This document shows, in pieces, positions 8,909-19,068 of a DNA stretch of 64,000 bases. The position numbers and the translations under genes were made by a program. The stretch lies in NCBI GenBank assembly GCA_002719955.1, contig PBFW01000053.1, positions 48 to 64,047 of the forward strand. Direction: 5' to 3'. A model generated the notes under the pieces. The model did not search any database. It worked only from the letters and a program-made list of their open reading frames with translations, and was not told the DNA's origin. The stretch's first letter is position 1, and each line of letters opens with the position of its first letter. The DNA comes from Deltaproteobacteria bacterium. Its GTDB lineage: Bacteria; Myxococcota_A; UBA9160; UBA4427.

Positions 8909-10147
8909 ATGTCGACTTCGCAGCCCGCTCCCCTGGCCGGCGTTCGGATCATCGAGAGTTCCATGCTCGGCCCCGCCGGGATCACGACCCACCTCGCCGA
9001 CCTCGGCGCCGATGTCATCAAGGTCGAACCGCCGCAGGGCGACTACATCCGTGATATGACCTGGCCGATCATCGAGGGTGTCTCCCTGATGCATCTCCAT
9101 CTGAATCGCGGCAAGAAGAGCATCGCTCTCAATCTCAAGAATCCCGAAGCCGTCCAGGTCTACAAAGATCTGGTGGAGACCGCCGACTGTGTCGTCGAAG
9201 CGATGCGACCGGGTTCACTCGCGCGTCGTGGTCTCGGCTTCGATGATCTCAAAGAGATCAATCCGAAGATCGTTTTCTGCAACATCTCGGGTTACGGGAT
9301 GACGGGTCCCTACCAGAATCTCCCGGCGCACGGCATCGCCTTCGATACCTGGGCGGGCATCATCCGGCCGGCCTATGACGAAGAGGGCTTCTGTTATATC
9401 CCCGAACACGCCTCGATCGGCATCCATGCCGGTCCGATCTTCGGCGCGTTCGGGATCCTCGCGGCGATCATTCGCGCGCGCGAGACTGGCGAGGGGGCAT
9501 TCATCGAGGTCGGTCAGTCCGACGCAGCGGCCTATATGGACTGGTATCGCTCCGAATCGTTCATGGCCTATCGCCGCCCCGAAGACGTGGTCACCGGAAA
9601 CAAGGCCGACAACTACGAGCGTCGCGCGGTCGGGACTGCCGGAATGAAGGAGGGTGTTCGCTATCAGATGTACGATGCGAGTGACGGCGTCGTCATGATC
9701 ATGTGCTCCGAGCAGGCGTTCTGGAAGAATTTCTGTGAGGTCGCTGGCCGGACGGATCTCTTCGAGAAATGGCCGGGTTCGAAATACGCGGATCACGCTC
9801 GCAATAACCGTGAACTGCAGGCGGAACTGAAGCAGATCTTCAAGACGAAGACCTGCCAGGAGTGGATCGATCTCGGGAACGAGAAAAATTTTCCGATGGC
9901 CCCGGTCAACACGCCAGAGGACATCGTCGAGGATCCTCAATTCCAGGAACGCTTCGACATTTTTCCCCACGAAAAACACGGTGCAGACATGTTGCCTTTC
10001 CCGGTGCAGTTCGTGAACGAAGAATTGCCTACGCCGACGAAGGCGCCCACGGTCGGGGAGCATCGCGCGCAGGTGCTTGCTGATGTGCTCGGTTACGACG
10101 CGGCGAAGGTCGAAGCACTGAAGGAAAAGGGTGTCTTTGGCGCTTGA
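8909..10147 (+). CDS. CoA-transferase family III (CaiB/BaiF/Mcr-like)
   Basis: PLAGVRII, LADLGADVIKVEPP, NRGKKSIALNLK, ISGYGMTGPY, APTVGEH. Confidence 0.9.
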   Translation: MSTSQPAPLAGVRIIESSMLGPAGITTHLADLGADVIKVEPPQGDYIRDMTWPIIEGVSLMHLHLNRGKKSIALNLKNPEAVQVYKDLVETADCVVEAMRPGSLARRGLGFDDLKEINPKIVFCNISGYGMTGPYQNLPAHGIAFDTWAGIIRPAYDEEGFCYIPEHASIGIHAGPIFGAFGILAAIIRARETGEGAFIEVGQSDAAAYMDWYRSESFMAYRRPEDVVTGNKADNYERRAVGTAGMKEGVRYQMYDASDGVVMIMCSEQAFWKNFCEVAGRTDLFEKWPGSKYADHARNNRELQAELKQIFKTKTCQEWIDLGNEKNFPMAPVNTPEDIVEDPQFQERFDIFPHEKHGADMLPFPVQFVNEELPTPTKAPTVGEHRAQVLADVLGYDAAKVEALKEKGVFGA

Positions 10148-10685
10148 TCCCGAGGCGGCGCTCGCGTCCCTCAGAACCCTCCATGAGGCGATCGACCGTG
10201 AGGTCGACCTGCTCAACGAGGAACATGCGGAGCGGCTGCGATGTGGTCCCGGCTGCTCCGCTTGTTGCCTCGACGGCCTGACGGTCGAGGCGGTCGAAGC
10301 CGAGCGCATTTGCCGCGCCCACCCGGATCTGCTTCGGGACACCGAGCCCCACCCGATCGGCGCCTGTGCCTTTCTGGATGGCGAGGGGAGTTGCCGTGTC
10401 TATGCGGATCGCCCCTCTCTCTGTCGGAGCCAGGGACTTCCACTGCGTTTTCTTCTCGAAGACGAGCACGACGAGGTCGTGGAAAGGCGTGACATCTGTC
10501 CGCTCAATCTCGAGGGAGGGCCTCCACTGGAAGAGCTGGTCGAGGAGGCTTGCTGGCTGCTCGGCCCGGCTGAGCTTCGACTCGCGGCGATTGCCGACGC
10601 CTTCTCCACAGAGGGGAAGAGGGAGCGGGTGGCGCTACGAGGACTTTTCGAACGGGATCGGCCTAGCAATAGAGAATCGCGTTAG
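10131..10685 (+). CDS. YkgJ family cysteine-cluster protein
   Basis: CGPGCSACC..CAFLD..CRVYADRPSLCR. Confidence 0.85.
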   Translation: MSLALDPEAALASLRTLHEAIDREVDLLNEEHAERLRCGPGCSACCLDGLTVEAVEAERICRAHPDLLRDTEPHPIGACAFLDGEGSCRVYADRPSLCRSQGLPLRFLLEDEHDEVVERRDICPLNLEGGPPLEELVEEACWLLGPAELRLAAIADAFSTEGKRERVALRGLFERDRPSNRESR

Positions 10686-10978
10686 GTCCAGGTGCTCACG
10701 TCGGTTCGAGATCGGATCTGCCCGACGGAGAGTCCCTGGATTTCGATCGTCTTGCGAGCCGAGTGATGTCCAGAGATGATCGAAACGTCGTCTGGGGAAA
10801 TTCCCAGCGCAAGCGCAACGATTTTCTCGGCCGCTGCGTTGGCTTTTCCCCGCTCAGGAGGCGCCACTACGCGAACCTTGAGTGTCTCCCCGAGCCAGCC
10901 GTCGACGGATTCCTTCGACGCGCCGGGGGCGACTTTGAGCGAGACCCGGGCGGGCAAGGCGTCAGCGCCCCCTTCCAT
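10682..10978 (-). CDS. DUF167 (YggU/UPF0235) family protein
   Basis: KVAPGASK..LKVRVVAPPERGKAN..SGHHSARKTI. Confidence 0.9.
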   Translation of the reverse strand: MEGGADALPARVSLKVAPGASKESVDGWLGETLKVRVVAPPERGKANAAAEKIVALALGISPDDVSIISGHHSARKTIEIQGLSVGQIRSRTDVSTWT

Positions 10979-11150
10979 CGAATCGAAAATCGAGAAGCCA
11001 GCGGATGCGGTTCGCGTCGATCTCTCTCGCGGCGTTCTCAGAATCGCTCGAGGGCATCACGTGCGAGCTTACTCGATCGGCCTGCAGCGAGGGAGCAGGG
11101 GTGATGGCGAAGCTTTTTCTTGGGGGCTTCCGTGTTGATTCAGCCGGAAT

Positions 11151-11378
11151 TCAGGGCGGGTCCGGGCGGGACACTTCCGTCTCGGTTCGGACGGTCCACC
11201 GCTCCAGTTCCGCGCGATCGGCTGGATGTTCAGCCGCCGTGAGGACGAGAGAAAGGCTGAGGGCGAGGCCAGCCAGAAGTCGTATTCGCCCGCGTTCGAA
11301 AAGGGCGGGGAACGATGCCAACACCAACGCGACGAGTGCGCTGGCAGAGTCGGGATTCATCTCGGGCCAGGACCGCAT
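11151..11378 (-). CDS. Small hypothetical membrane protein
   Basis: GAGGAG RBS upstream; two hydrophobic stretches; fills an intergenic gap. Confidence 0.4.
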   Translation of the reverse strand: MRSWPEMNPDSASALVALVLASFPALFERGRIRLLAGLALSLSLVLTAAEHPADRAELERWTVRTETEVSRPDPP

Positions 11379-11504
11379 GCGCTCTCCTCTCTACCGGCTG
11401 CCGGGCATCACCTGGACCGCGCCGTCGCCTGGTCGATCCATCCGAGAATCGGGGACCGAAATCGGATCCCGCCCTTCGTGGCGACCGGGTCGGAGGGCTC
11501 GAGA

Positions 11505-12458
11505 TCAACTCGGAAATTTCTGTCCCGACCACTCCTCGCTCAACACCCATAACTTGTTCGCGGCTTCTTTATCGAGCGCCCACGACATCACGCCTTCACT
11601 CATGTCGGACGATTCGATCACCGGCGCGACTCCGCAGTCCTCGCAATAGACGCCGCCCCTATCATCGAATTCCGAAGTCGTGGCGGCCCATACCGTCGTC
11701 GCCGCACCCTGTGTGATCTCCTTGAACTTCATCGGTTCTGCTTGCGGTCTGCCCTTCAGAAGGTTCTTGACGTCCTCGCCGCTCATGTGACGTCCGAGTT
11801 CCGTATGGATGGCGCCCGGGTGGACGGCGACGGAACGGACACCGCGATCCTTGAAACGCTCATCGAGCCCGACGCTGAAGAGGATATTGGCGGTCTTGGC
11901 CTGTCCGTAGGCGACGAATTTGCTGTAGTCCTCCTTCTCGAAGAGGGGGTCGTCAAAACGCATCGGGGACATGCGATGGCCGCCGCTCGAGAGGTTGACG
12001 ATTCGCGCGGGTGCCCCGGCGAGGATGTTTTCCATCACGTGCGCGGTCAGGACGAAATGTCCGAGGTGGTTCGTGCCGAGTTGGGTGTCGAGGCCCTCCT
12101 TGGTTCGTCCGAGGGGGCAGGCCATGACGCCGGCGTTGTTGATGAGGCGATCGATCTTGGGAAAGCGATTGGCGATATCGTCGGCGCCCCGGCGAACGGA
12201 GTCGAGGTCGAAGAGGTCGAGGACGGCGAATTCGATCCGCGCCTTGGGAACGCTCTTGAGGATCGCTTCGGCAGCGGCACGGCCCTTGGCTTCGTCTCGG
12301 ACGACGCTGACGATTCGTGCGCCTCGGGAAGCGAGGACGCGGGCCGTTTCGACACCGAGGCCCGCGGAGGCGCCGGTGATGACGATGGTCTTGTCCGAGA
12401 GGTCGATCCCTGCGGCGGCCTCCTCCGCGCTCGTTTCGGCCCCGAATGGATGAGTCAT
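11505..12458 (-). CDS. SDR oxidoreductase (retinol dehydrogenase/WWOX-like)
   Basis: TGASAGLG, INNAGVM, TNHLGHF, YGQAK, VHPG; AGGAG RBS before ATG 12458. Confidence 0.92.
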   Translation of the reverse strand: MTHPFGAETSAEEAAAGIDLSDKTIVITGASAGLGVETARVLASRGARIVSVVRDEAKGRAAAEAILKSVPKARIEFAVLDLFDLDSVRRGADDIANRFPKIDRLINNAGVMACPLGRTKEGLDTQLGTNHLGHFVLTAHVMENILAGAPARIVNLSSGGHRMSPMRFDDPLFEKEDYSKFVAYGQAKTANILFSVGLDERFKDRGVRSVAVHPGAIHTELGRHMSGEDVKNLLKGRPQAEPMKFKEITQGAATTVWAATTSEFDDRGGVYCEDCGVAPVIESSDMSEGVMSWALDKEAANKLWVLSEEWSGQKFPS

Positions 12459-12615
12459 TTGATCTCTCCTGCTGGCTGTGTGGATGCCAGGGGAGGATAG
12501 GGGTTTCGGTTGCGCGAGGATCCCCGCCGAGGTGTCGCTCTGGAATGGGGTCGCCCGCCTTCGGTCCGAGGGGGGCATCCCCGGCGCTCGCCGTAGTCGG
12601 AACGCGTGCTTCGTC

Positions 12616-13695
12616 CTATCGGCTCGCAATCTGCGCGTGGGGAATATGTACGAAAGCGATTCGGCGGCGATTCCAGGTGTAGCTGAGGGCGAGATCGTTC
12701 CCGTGCGCGATGATCGCGGGGTAGGAAAACTCGCCGGGTGCCGTTTCTACGTCGATCTGGCCGGGCCAGCTCTGGCCATTATCCCTCGACAGGAGGACGC
12801 AGAGCGGCGTGCGTGCCGCCCAATTACCCTGGACCGGGTTGCAGGCGAGGGCGAGGGTGCCATCGGGAAGACGGGCGAGATCGAGTCCGCTGTTGTTGTT
12901 GGGAAGAGCGATGGCATAGGCGCGGGACCAGGTCAGGCCGTCGTCGTTGGAGTCCGCTCGGTGCACGCGGCCGTCTGTGCTTCGGAAGAGGGCATGGACG
13001 CATCCCGGTCGCGATTCCCACAGCGTGGGCTGGATGAGCCCCTTGCCGACGAATTCTCGACGATCGATCTCGACGAGCTGAGTCGCGGTCCAATCCTCCT
13101 CGCCGCTCGCACTTCGATCGAAGAAGGCATCCCAGCGTCTCCAGCGTTCGATTGATGCGCCGGCGAGCCAATCGCCGGAAGCGAGGCGGATCGGTTTGTT
13201 GCGGACGGCACCGCGCCCGCCTCGATCGCCTGGGACGAGCGGCCGAGCTTCCTGCCAGGTCTGACCGCCATCTCTCGACCGCTGGGACCAGGTCGTCCAC
13301 CGGCGGATGCGCCGGCCAACTTTGAAGTGAAGGACGAGATCCCGCCCGCCCGGAGATAGGGCGAAGAGCACCGGATTCCAATGGGGTTCGTCCGACACCT
13401 TCGCGATTCGGGTGGGCTCGCTCCAGCGGGTGTTGAGAAAAGAGCCGCCCCCGGCCTCGGTCGGTGCCGGATTGCGTCGCGCGGCCCAGATCGCGACATC
13501 GTCGTGCCCCTCCCGCGTGCCCGCGAACCACGCCGCGAGGAGGCCGCCTCCTTCGAGGGCGACGAGGGTCGTCGCATGGCATTGTGAGAACGGACGCTGA
13601 TCTCCGAAGAGATGCTCGATGTCGAGCCGGGGCCGTGTCGCGGCGCTTCGAGGTGTAGGACCATCAGGATTCGCTGTCGGATCGTCGTCGGGCAT
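12616..13695 (-). CDS. BNR/Asp-box repeat sialidase-like beta-propeller protein
   Basis: CHATT, AWFAGTREG, Asp-boxes SRDGGQTW, SNDDGLTW, SRDNGQSW, PNNNSG, FSYP. Confidence 0.85.
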   Translation of the reverse strand: MPDDDPTANPDGPTPRSAATRPRLDIEHLFGDQRPFSQCHATTLVALEGGGLLAAWFAGTREGHDDVAIWAARRNPAPTEAGGGSFLNTRWSEPTRIAKVSDEPHWNPVLFALSPGGRDLVLHFKVGRRIRRWTTWSQRSRDGGQTWQEARPLVPGDRGGRGAVRNKPIRLASGDWLAGASIERWRRWDAFFDRSASGEEDWTATQLVEIDRREFVGKGLIQPTLWESRPGCVHALFRSTDGRVHRADSNDDGLTWSRAYAIALPNNNSGLDLARLPDGTLALACNPVQGNWAARTPLCVLLSRDNGQSWPGQIDVETAPGEFSYPAIIAHGNDLALSYTWNRRRIAFVHIPHAQIASR

Positions 13696-13935
13696 GACGG
13701 GAGCATCAATTCTCGTTCGAGAGGTCGACGGGATCGGATTGATCCGTGGTCGTGTGCGTGCGAATGCGAGGAAGTCTCGCACATCCCGATATCGCCGGAC
13801 ATCGATCATGTGTTTCACCGGGGCACCGGCTTGGGTGATTCCACCAACCCGAAGAGTTCCTCGGCCGAAACCGACGGTGATCCTTTTGGTGCGGACAGCC
13901 TGCGGACGATAGGCAACTCAGCTAAGGAGGAGTTG

Positions 13936-14202
13936 ATGATGATCGAGACTGGCAGCGATATCCTTTTCCAGGAGCCGACCTGCGATACCCGTCGCCTGCG
14001 CCGCTCCGTCGTCGTGGAAGCGTCTCCCGATGAATTCTCGATTCAGTTCGTGGCGGACCCCTTCGCCTTCGAGAAGGATCAGGAAGTCCGGATGTGTTTG
14101 AGCGGCAAGCGCGAGTCCATGCAGCAGATCGGACGGACCATCGAGTCCGAGTCCGAGCCCGACTCCGAATCGGATGTGGTTAGATCGACCGTGATCGACT
14201 AA
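13936..14202 (+). CDS. Small acidic hypothetical protein (possibly truncated)
   Basis: Very strong RBS TAAGGAGG before ATG 13936; 88 aa; stop overlaps the convergent gene. Confidence 0.5.
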   Translation: MMIETGSDILFQEPTCDTRRLRRSVVVEASPDEFSIQFVADPFAFEKDQEVRMCLSGKRESMQQIGRTIESESEPDSESDVVRSTVID

Positions 14203-14999
14203 CGCCCCTTGAAATCGGGTTCTCGCTTCTCCATGAAAGCGCTCATCCCCTCCGCGAAATCTTCGGTCGCGGCGCATGCTGCCTGAGCGAGCGCCTCGAT
14301 TTCGAGCGCCTCGTTCATCGTCACCGATGCCGCTCGATGCAGACTCTGTTTGATCTGCGTGAGCACGATCGGCGGATGCGTGCTGAGTCGGCGAAGCTTT
14401 TCTTCGACCGCTTCTTCGAGGCTGTCGCCGTCGAAGATCGCATTCACGAGACCGATCGCTCGTGCTTCCTCCGCCGAGACCCAGTCTCCGAAGAAGGCGA
14501 GCTCCTTCGCTTTCTGCATGCCGACCAGGCGGGGCAGGAGCCAGGATCCTCCGCAGTCGAGGGCGATGCCCCGCTTCACGAAGATCTCAGAGAAACGCGC
14601 GGTCGGACTCGCATAGACGAGATCGCAGGCCAGCGCGAGGTTCGCTCCCGCACCCGCGGCGATCCCCTCGACGATCGCGACGACGGGTTTCGGGAAACGG
14701 TGGAGCTTGCGAATCGTCTCTCCGTAGACGCGGTTCATGAGGTCCAGGGTATTCGCCGTGGGGGATCCAGAGCGAGGGGCGCTCTTGCCGTTCGGCGTCA
14801 GATCCCCCCCCGAGCAGAAATTGCCCTCGGCGCCACGCAGCGACACGACGCGCACCTCCGGGTCGGATTCGAAATCCGTGAGGATCTTTGTGAGCTCGAT
14901 GGCCATCGTCGGGCTGATGGCGTTGCGTTTCTCGGGGCGCCGCAATTCGATTCGGCCAATCGCGTTCGTCTTGTCGATCTGGAGGGTCTCTAGCGCCAT
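14199..14999 (-). CDS. Enoyl-CoA hydratase/isomerase family protein
   Basis: RPEKRNAI, FCSGGDL, PKPVVAIVEGIAAGAG, EGMSAFMEKREPDFKGR. Confidence 0.92.
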   Translation of the reverse strand: MALETLQIDKTNAIGRIELRRPEKRNAISPTMAIELTKILTDFESDPEVRVVSLRGAEGNFCSGGDLTPNGKSAPRSGSPTANTLDLMNRVYGETIRKLHRFPKPVVAIVEGIAAGAGANLALACDLVYASPTARFSEIFVKRGIALDCGGSWLLPRLVGMQKAKELAFFGDWVSAEEARAIGLVNAIFDGDSLEEAVEEKLRRLSTHPPIVLTQIKQSLHRAASVTMNEALEIEALAQAACAATEDFAEGMSAFMEKREPDFKGR

Positions 15000-15045
15000 G
15001 CGGCATCCTTTCGTTTGGAACTGATTCGGGGAGAAAGAGGCTCGA

Positions 15046-15612
15046 TCATTCTCTCTTCGAGCCAAGGCTTGCGAGCAGCCCATAGAGCACGTCGCTCGCG
15101 TCCCGCTTGCCGGAGAGCTGATCCTGCGGAATCTCCCACCAGACTTCCTCGGGGATCTTCATCGACCATTCCCCGACCGCCGTGCGTTCGGCGATCTTCC
15201 ATCGGCCTTCGCGTCGTTCGAAACGATCCAGGTAGCGAAAGCCTGTTGCGAGATTCATATAGGGTCGGGTGTCGTCGCTGCGATGGAGGGAGATACCGTA
15301 GGTTTCGCAGGCGGCGCGATCGCCGTTCCCGCCGCGGATACGTGGTTCTGGACTGAGGTTGGGGTCGAAATCGAGATCGATCAGGATATTGGCGACCAGA
15401 TGCATCGACCAGCGATAGCGCGCCGTCAATTTGTCGACCCAGGCGATATATTCCTCGACGCCGCCCGAAAAGCTGCCGTGATGGTCCTGGGCATCGGAGT
15501 GGTAGCAGGCGCGGACGAGATCGAAATCCCGACGGTCGATTCCGCGGCAATAGCGAAGGACGACCTCTTCGATCGCCTCTTTGTCGAGCAGGGCGGAAAT
15601 GCGCGGGTCCAT
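15046..15612 (-). CDS. NTF2/SnoaL-like family protein
   Basis: LLDKEAIEEVVLRYCRGIDRRD..YHSDA..RYLDRFERREGRWKIAER. Confidence 0.85.
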   Translation of the reverse strand: MDPRISALLDKEAIEEVVLRYCRGIDRRDFDLVRACYHSDAQDHHGSFSGGVEEYIAWVDKLTARYRWSMHLVANILIDLDFDPNLSPEPRIRGGNGDRAACETYGISLHRSDDTRPYMNLATGFRYLDRFERREGRWKIAERTAVGEWSMKIPEEVWWEIPQDQLSGKRDASDVLYGLLASLGSKRE

Positions 15613-15622
15613 GACAGCGAGA

Positions 15623-15847
15623 CTAGCAGGCTCGCGTGACCCGGTGAGTCAGTTCGTTTGGGCGCTCGGTGTTGGGTTGGGGATATACGATCGATAGGCG
15701 TCGGGCATGCAGAAGATCGGCCGGCAAGAGCTGGGCCCAGAGCTTGCCGGGCAGGAAGACGACCTGGGGAAGGAGGCCGAGGGCGGTGATCCCGACGACC
15801 CTCCCGATCGAAGCCACTGCGAAGAGGAGCGCCCCCTCGCTCGTCAT
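15623..15847 (-). CDS. Small hypothetical protein
   Basis: Hydrophobic N-half, co-oriented and 10 nt upstream of the NTF2 gene; no clear RBS. Confidence 0.3.
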   Translation of the reverse strand: MTSEGALLFAVASIGRVVGITALGLLPQVVFLPGKLWAQLLPADLLHARRLSIVYPQPNTERPNELTHRVTRAC

Positions 15848-16129
15848 GTCGAGTCCGGGCGCACGAGTGGCACCAGCGAGATGAGCTATCGAGGATCGAT
15901 CGAACGATTGGGAGCCGGGCTCAAGGGTGTCTGGGGCGGCGACCCGGGCCTTTTGCTCCGCTCGAAAGTCTTGGCCCCGGATCGAATCACGGGGCTATGA
16001 TCAGCGCTCTCCCGCGGTCGCGTGTAGGCGCTGCCGCGAGGAACAATTTGAAAATCAGTCGGTTGGACGGATTTGGGTCGCGCGACGCGGCGAATTGGCC
16101 CCTCCGACGATCTGGCAGGAGTCGATCTG

Positions 16130-17170
16130 GTGAGCGATAGCCCCCTTTCACGCAACTCTCTGCGCTTCGGCGTGATGTTCGGATATTGGCAGGCCCAGCC
16201 CCCGCCAAATTTCATCGAAGTGGCCCAGGAGGCGGAACGTCTCGGATTTCATTCGGCTTGGACCGCCGAGGCCTGGGGCTCGGATGCTTTTTCGCCGCTG
16301 ACCTGGATCGGTGCGCATACGACTCGCTTGAAACTCGGCACGTCCATTGTTCAGATCTCCGCGCGCACACCGACGTCGACGGCCATGCACGCGCTCACGA
16401 TCGATCATCTGAGCAAGGGTAGGATGATGTTAGGCCTGGGTGTTTCCGGGCCACAGGTCGTCGAGGGATGGTACGGTCAGCCCTTCAGCAAGCCCCTAGC
16501 TCGAACGCGTGAATACGTCGATATCGTTCGGCAGGTCCTGCGCCGCAAACAACCGGTCAGGAACGATGGTGAACATTATCCTTTGCCTTATTCGGGCGAA
16601 GGGGCCTGGGGCATGGGGAAACCGCTCAAGCCGATCACACATCCGCTTCGTGCGGACCTTCCGATCTATCTCGGGGCGGAAGGTCCGAAGAATGTGGCAC
16701 TCGCTGCGGAACTTTGCGATGGCTGGCTTCCACTCTGGTACACGCCCTATCGCGAGGAGGTCTACGCCGAATCCTTGACCGACGCACCGGACGATTTCGA
16801 CATCGTTCAGGGCGTGACTGTCAGCGTGACCGACGACATGGAGAGTGCCTTAAATGCGCTACGTCCGATGCTCGGCTTCTATATCGGGGGCATGGGCTCG
16901 AAGGATCGGAATTTTCACAAGGAGCTGATGGGGCGTATGGGTTATCCCGAAGCGGCGCAGAAGATTCAGGACCATTTCATGGCGGGCGAGCGTGGGGAGG
17001 CGATTGCGGCCGTTCCCGACGAGTTCATCGACGAAATCGCGCTGATCGGTTCGAAGGAGCGCATCCAGGACCGCCTGCAGGCCTGGAAGGAGAGTCGCGT
17101 CACGACGGTCCTGCTTCATGCCCAGGACCCGGCGTCGTTGCAAGTGATGTCCGAAGTCCTGATGGGCTAG
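16130..17170 (+). CDS. LLM class F420-dependent oxidoreductase
   Basis: WTAEAWGSDA, SARTP, LGLGVSGPQVVEGWYG, GAEGPKNV, YIGGMG; GTG start after AGGAG. Confidence 0.9.
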   Translation: MSDSPLSRNSLRFGVMFGYWQAQPPPNFIEVAQEAERLGFHSAWTAEAWGSDAFSPLTWIGAHTTRLKLGTSIVQISARTPTSTAMHALTIDHLSKGRMMLGLGVSGPQVVEGWYGQPFSKPLARTREYVDIVRQVLRRKQPVRNDGEHYPLPYSGEGAWGMGKPLKPITHPLRADLPIYLGAEGPKNVALAAELCDGWLPLWYTPYREEVYAESLTDAPDDFDIVQGVTVSVTDDMESALNALRPMLGFYIGGMGSKDRNFHKELMGRMGYPEAAQKIQDHFMAGERGEAIAAVPDEFIDEIALIGSKERIQDRLQAWKESRVTTVLLHAQDPASLQVMSEVLMG

Positions 17171-17211
17171 CGAGACGCGAAGAAGAGAACGAAGCAATCG
17201 AGAGGAAAGAT

Positions 17212-18084
17212 ATGGACTTTGGATATTTCGGATTGAACGTCGGCGCGCTCAACAACGCCGACTCGATCGAACGATGCGTTATCGCTTGTGAGCAGCTCGG
17301 CTACGAATCGGTCTGGACAGGAGAGCATGTCGTGCTGATCGATCCACACGAACCGCCGTCCCCCGTTCCGCCGGAATCGAATTTCGTCGACTCGATCGCG
17401 AGCCTCGCTTTCGCCGCGGCGAAGACCGAACGGATCAAGATCGGATCGGGGATCATCCTGCTGGCCCAACGCGATCCGATCGTTCTGGCCAAGGAACTCG
17501 CGGGCGTCGATGTCCTTTCCAAGGGCCGTCTCCTCTTCGGACTCGGCGTGGGTTACGTCCCCGGCGAATTCGAAGCACTCGGCATCCCCTACGAAGAACG
17601 CGGCGCGCGAACGACGGAGAATATCGAGGTCCTGCGCACGCTCTGGACCCAGGAAAAGCCCAGCTTCGAAGGTCGATTCACGACATTCTCGGGAATCCAA
17701 TCCCACCCGATGCCCATCCAGAAGCCGCATCCGCCGATCATCGTCGGCGGAAATTCGCCGCCGGCACTGCGCCGCGCGGTCTCCCAGGGCGATGGCTGGT
17801 ACGGCTTCTTCATGGACGTCGCCGCCGCGGCGGCGATGATTGGTGCGCTCGAGGAGACGGCCAAGAGCACCGAGCGGCCGGACTTCCTGGGCCGGCTGAC
17901 GATCACCATCACCCCCCCCGGCCCGATCGATGGCGACACCGCCAAGCGTTATGAGGACCTGGGCGTTGATCGTCTCGTCATGATGCGGGGCTACCAGGAT
18001 ATGGCTGGGGCCGCGGGCGGGGAAGTCGACGACGCGATCGTGAAATTTCTCGAGGATCAGGCCCGCGCCTTCGGGATCGGCTGA
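17212..18084 (+). CDS. LLM class F420-dependent oxidoreductase (TIGR03619-like)
   Basis: ESVWTGEHVV, LAKELAGVDVLSKGR, PIQKPHPPIIVGG, GDGW. Confidence 0.9.
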   Translation: MDFGYFGLNVGALNNADSIERCVIACEQLGYESVWTGEHVVLIDPHEPPSPVPPESNFVDSIASLAFAAAKTERIKIGSGIILLAQRDPIVLAKELAGVDVLSKGRLLFGLGVGYVPGEFEALGIPYEERGARTTENIEVLRTLWTQEKPSFEGRFTTFSGIQSHPMPIQKPHPPIIVGGNSPPALRRAVSQGDGWYGFFMDVAAAAAMIGALEETAKSTERPDFLGRLTITITPPGPIDGDTAKRYEDLGVDRLVMMRGYQDMAGAAGGEVDDAIVKFLEDQARAFGIG

Positions 18085-18092
18085 CCCGGGAT

Positions 18093-18899
18093 ATGTCGAC
18101 GATCCTGACGAAGCAGATCGAAGAGGGGGTCGCCCTCGTGACGCTCAACCGCCCCGAGCGTCGGAATGCGCTCGCCATGGACCTCGTGATCGAGTTGACG
18201 GAAGAGATGAAGCGCTTGCGTCACGATCGGGATACGCGCGTGGTCGTCCTGAATGGTGCTGGGCAGGGCTTCTGCGCCGGAGCGGATCTGGTCCAGGATG
18301 GCGATCGCCCGCCTGGAGCGGAGGGGATGACCGAGCTCGGGTTCATCTACCGCATGCAGGAACATATCGCCGAGATGATGATTGCCGTTCACGAGCTTCC
18401 GAAGCCCGTGATCGCAGCGGTGCACGGCGCCGCTGTCGGTGGCGGCCTAGCGCTCGCGCTCGCGAGTGATATGCGCGTTGCGGCGGACACGGCCAAATTC
18501 GGCTCCGTCTTCATCAAGGTCGGCCTCTCGTCCTGCGATGTGGGAACGAGTTATTTTTTGCCACGGCTCGTCGGTCCCGGACGGGCCTTCGAATTGATGA
18601 CGACCGGTCGACACTTCGATGCGTCTGAGGCGTTCGAGATGGGACTCGTCCAGAGCGTCGTTGCCGAGGGGAAAGAGATCGAGAAGGCGCTCGAGACCGC
18701 GCGCTTGATCGTTCAAAACAACGAATACGGCGTTTGGATGACGAAATCGGGCATGTGGACCAATCTCGATGCGCCGAGTCTTCGACACGCGATGGAACTC
18801 GAGAACCGCACACAGGTTCTCGGAACCTTCACCGGAAACATGACGGAGGCGATGCAGGCGTTTCGCGAGAAGCGCGATCCGCGCTGGAAGCCGCTCTAG
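18093..18899 (+). CDS. Enoyl-CoA hydratase/isomerase family protein
   Basis: LNRPERRNAL, FCAGADL, KPVIAAVHGAAVGGG. Confidence 0.92.
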   Translation: MSTILTKQIEEGVALVTLNRPERRNALAMDLVIELTEEMKRLRHDRDTRVVVLNGAGQGFCAGADLVQDGDRPPGAEGMTELGFIYRMQEHIAEMMIAVHELPKPVIAAVHGAAVGGGLALALASDMRVAADTAKFGSVFIKVGLSSCDVGTSYFLPRLVGPGRAFELMTTGRHFDASEAFEMGLVQSVVAEGKEIEKALETARLIVQNNEYGVWMTKSGMWTNLDAPSLRHAMELENRTQVLGTFTGNMTEAMQAFREKRDPRWKPL

Positions 18900-19068
18900 C
18901 GCATGAAGGCCCTTTGCTGGGAGAGAATGCTCAGGCCTTCCCCCGACGAATCGACCCGGGCAACATTTCATGCTGGGCGATTCGAGTGGACTCAGCATGA
19001 GTCCGCGCTTCGTTCGACCGATCAGAGGGGGCCCTGATCTTCCACCACCCATCGCGACGAAGGCCAAC

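Noticed and set aside
16714-17211. Long N-terminal extensions in the ORF track suggesting fusions (also 50725, 21425, 62946, 55368)
   Set aside because: The extensions overlap neighbouring genes or are Arg/Pro-rich noise; RBS-supported starts lie downstream
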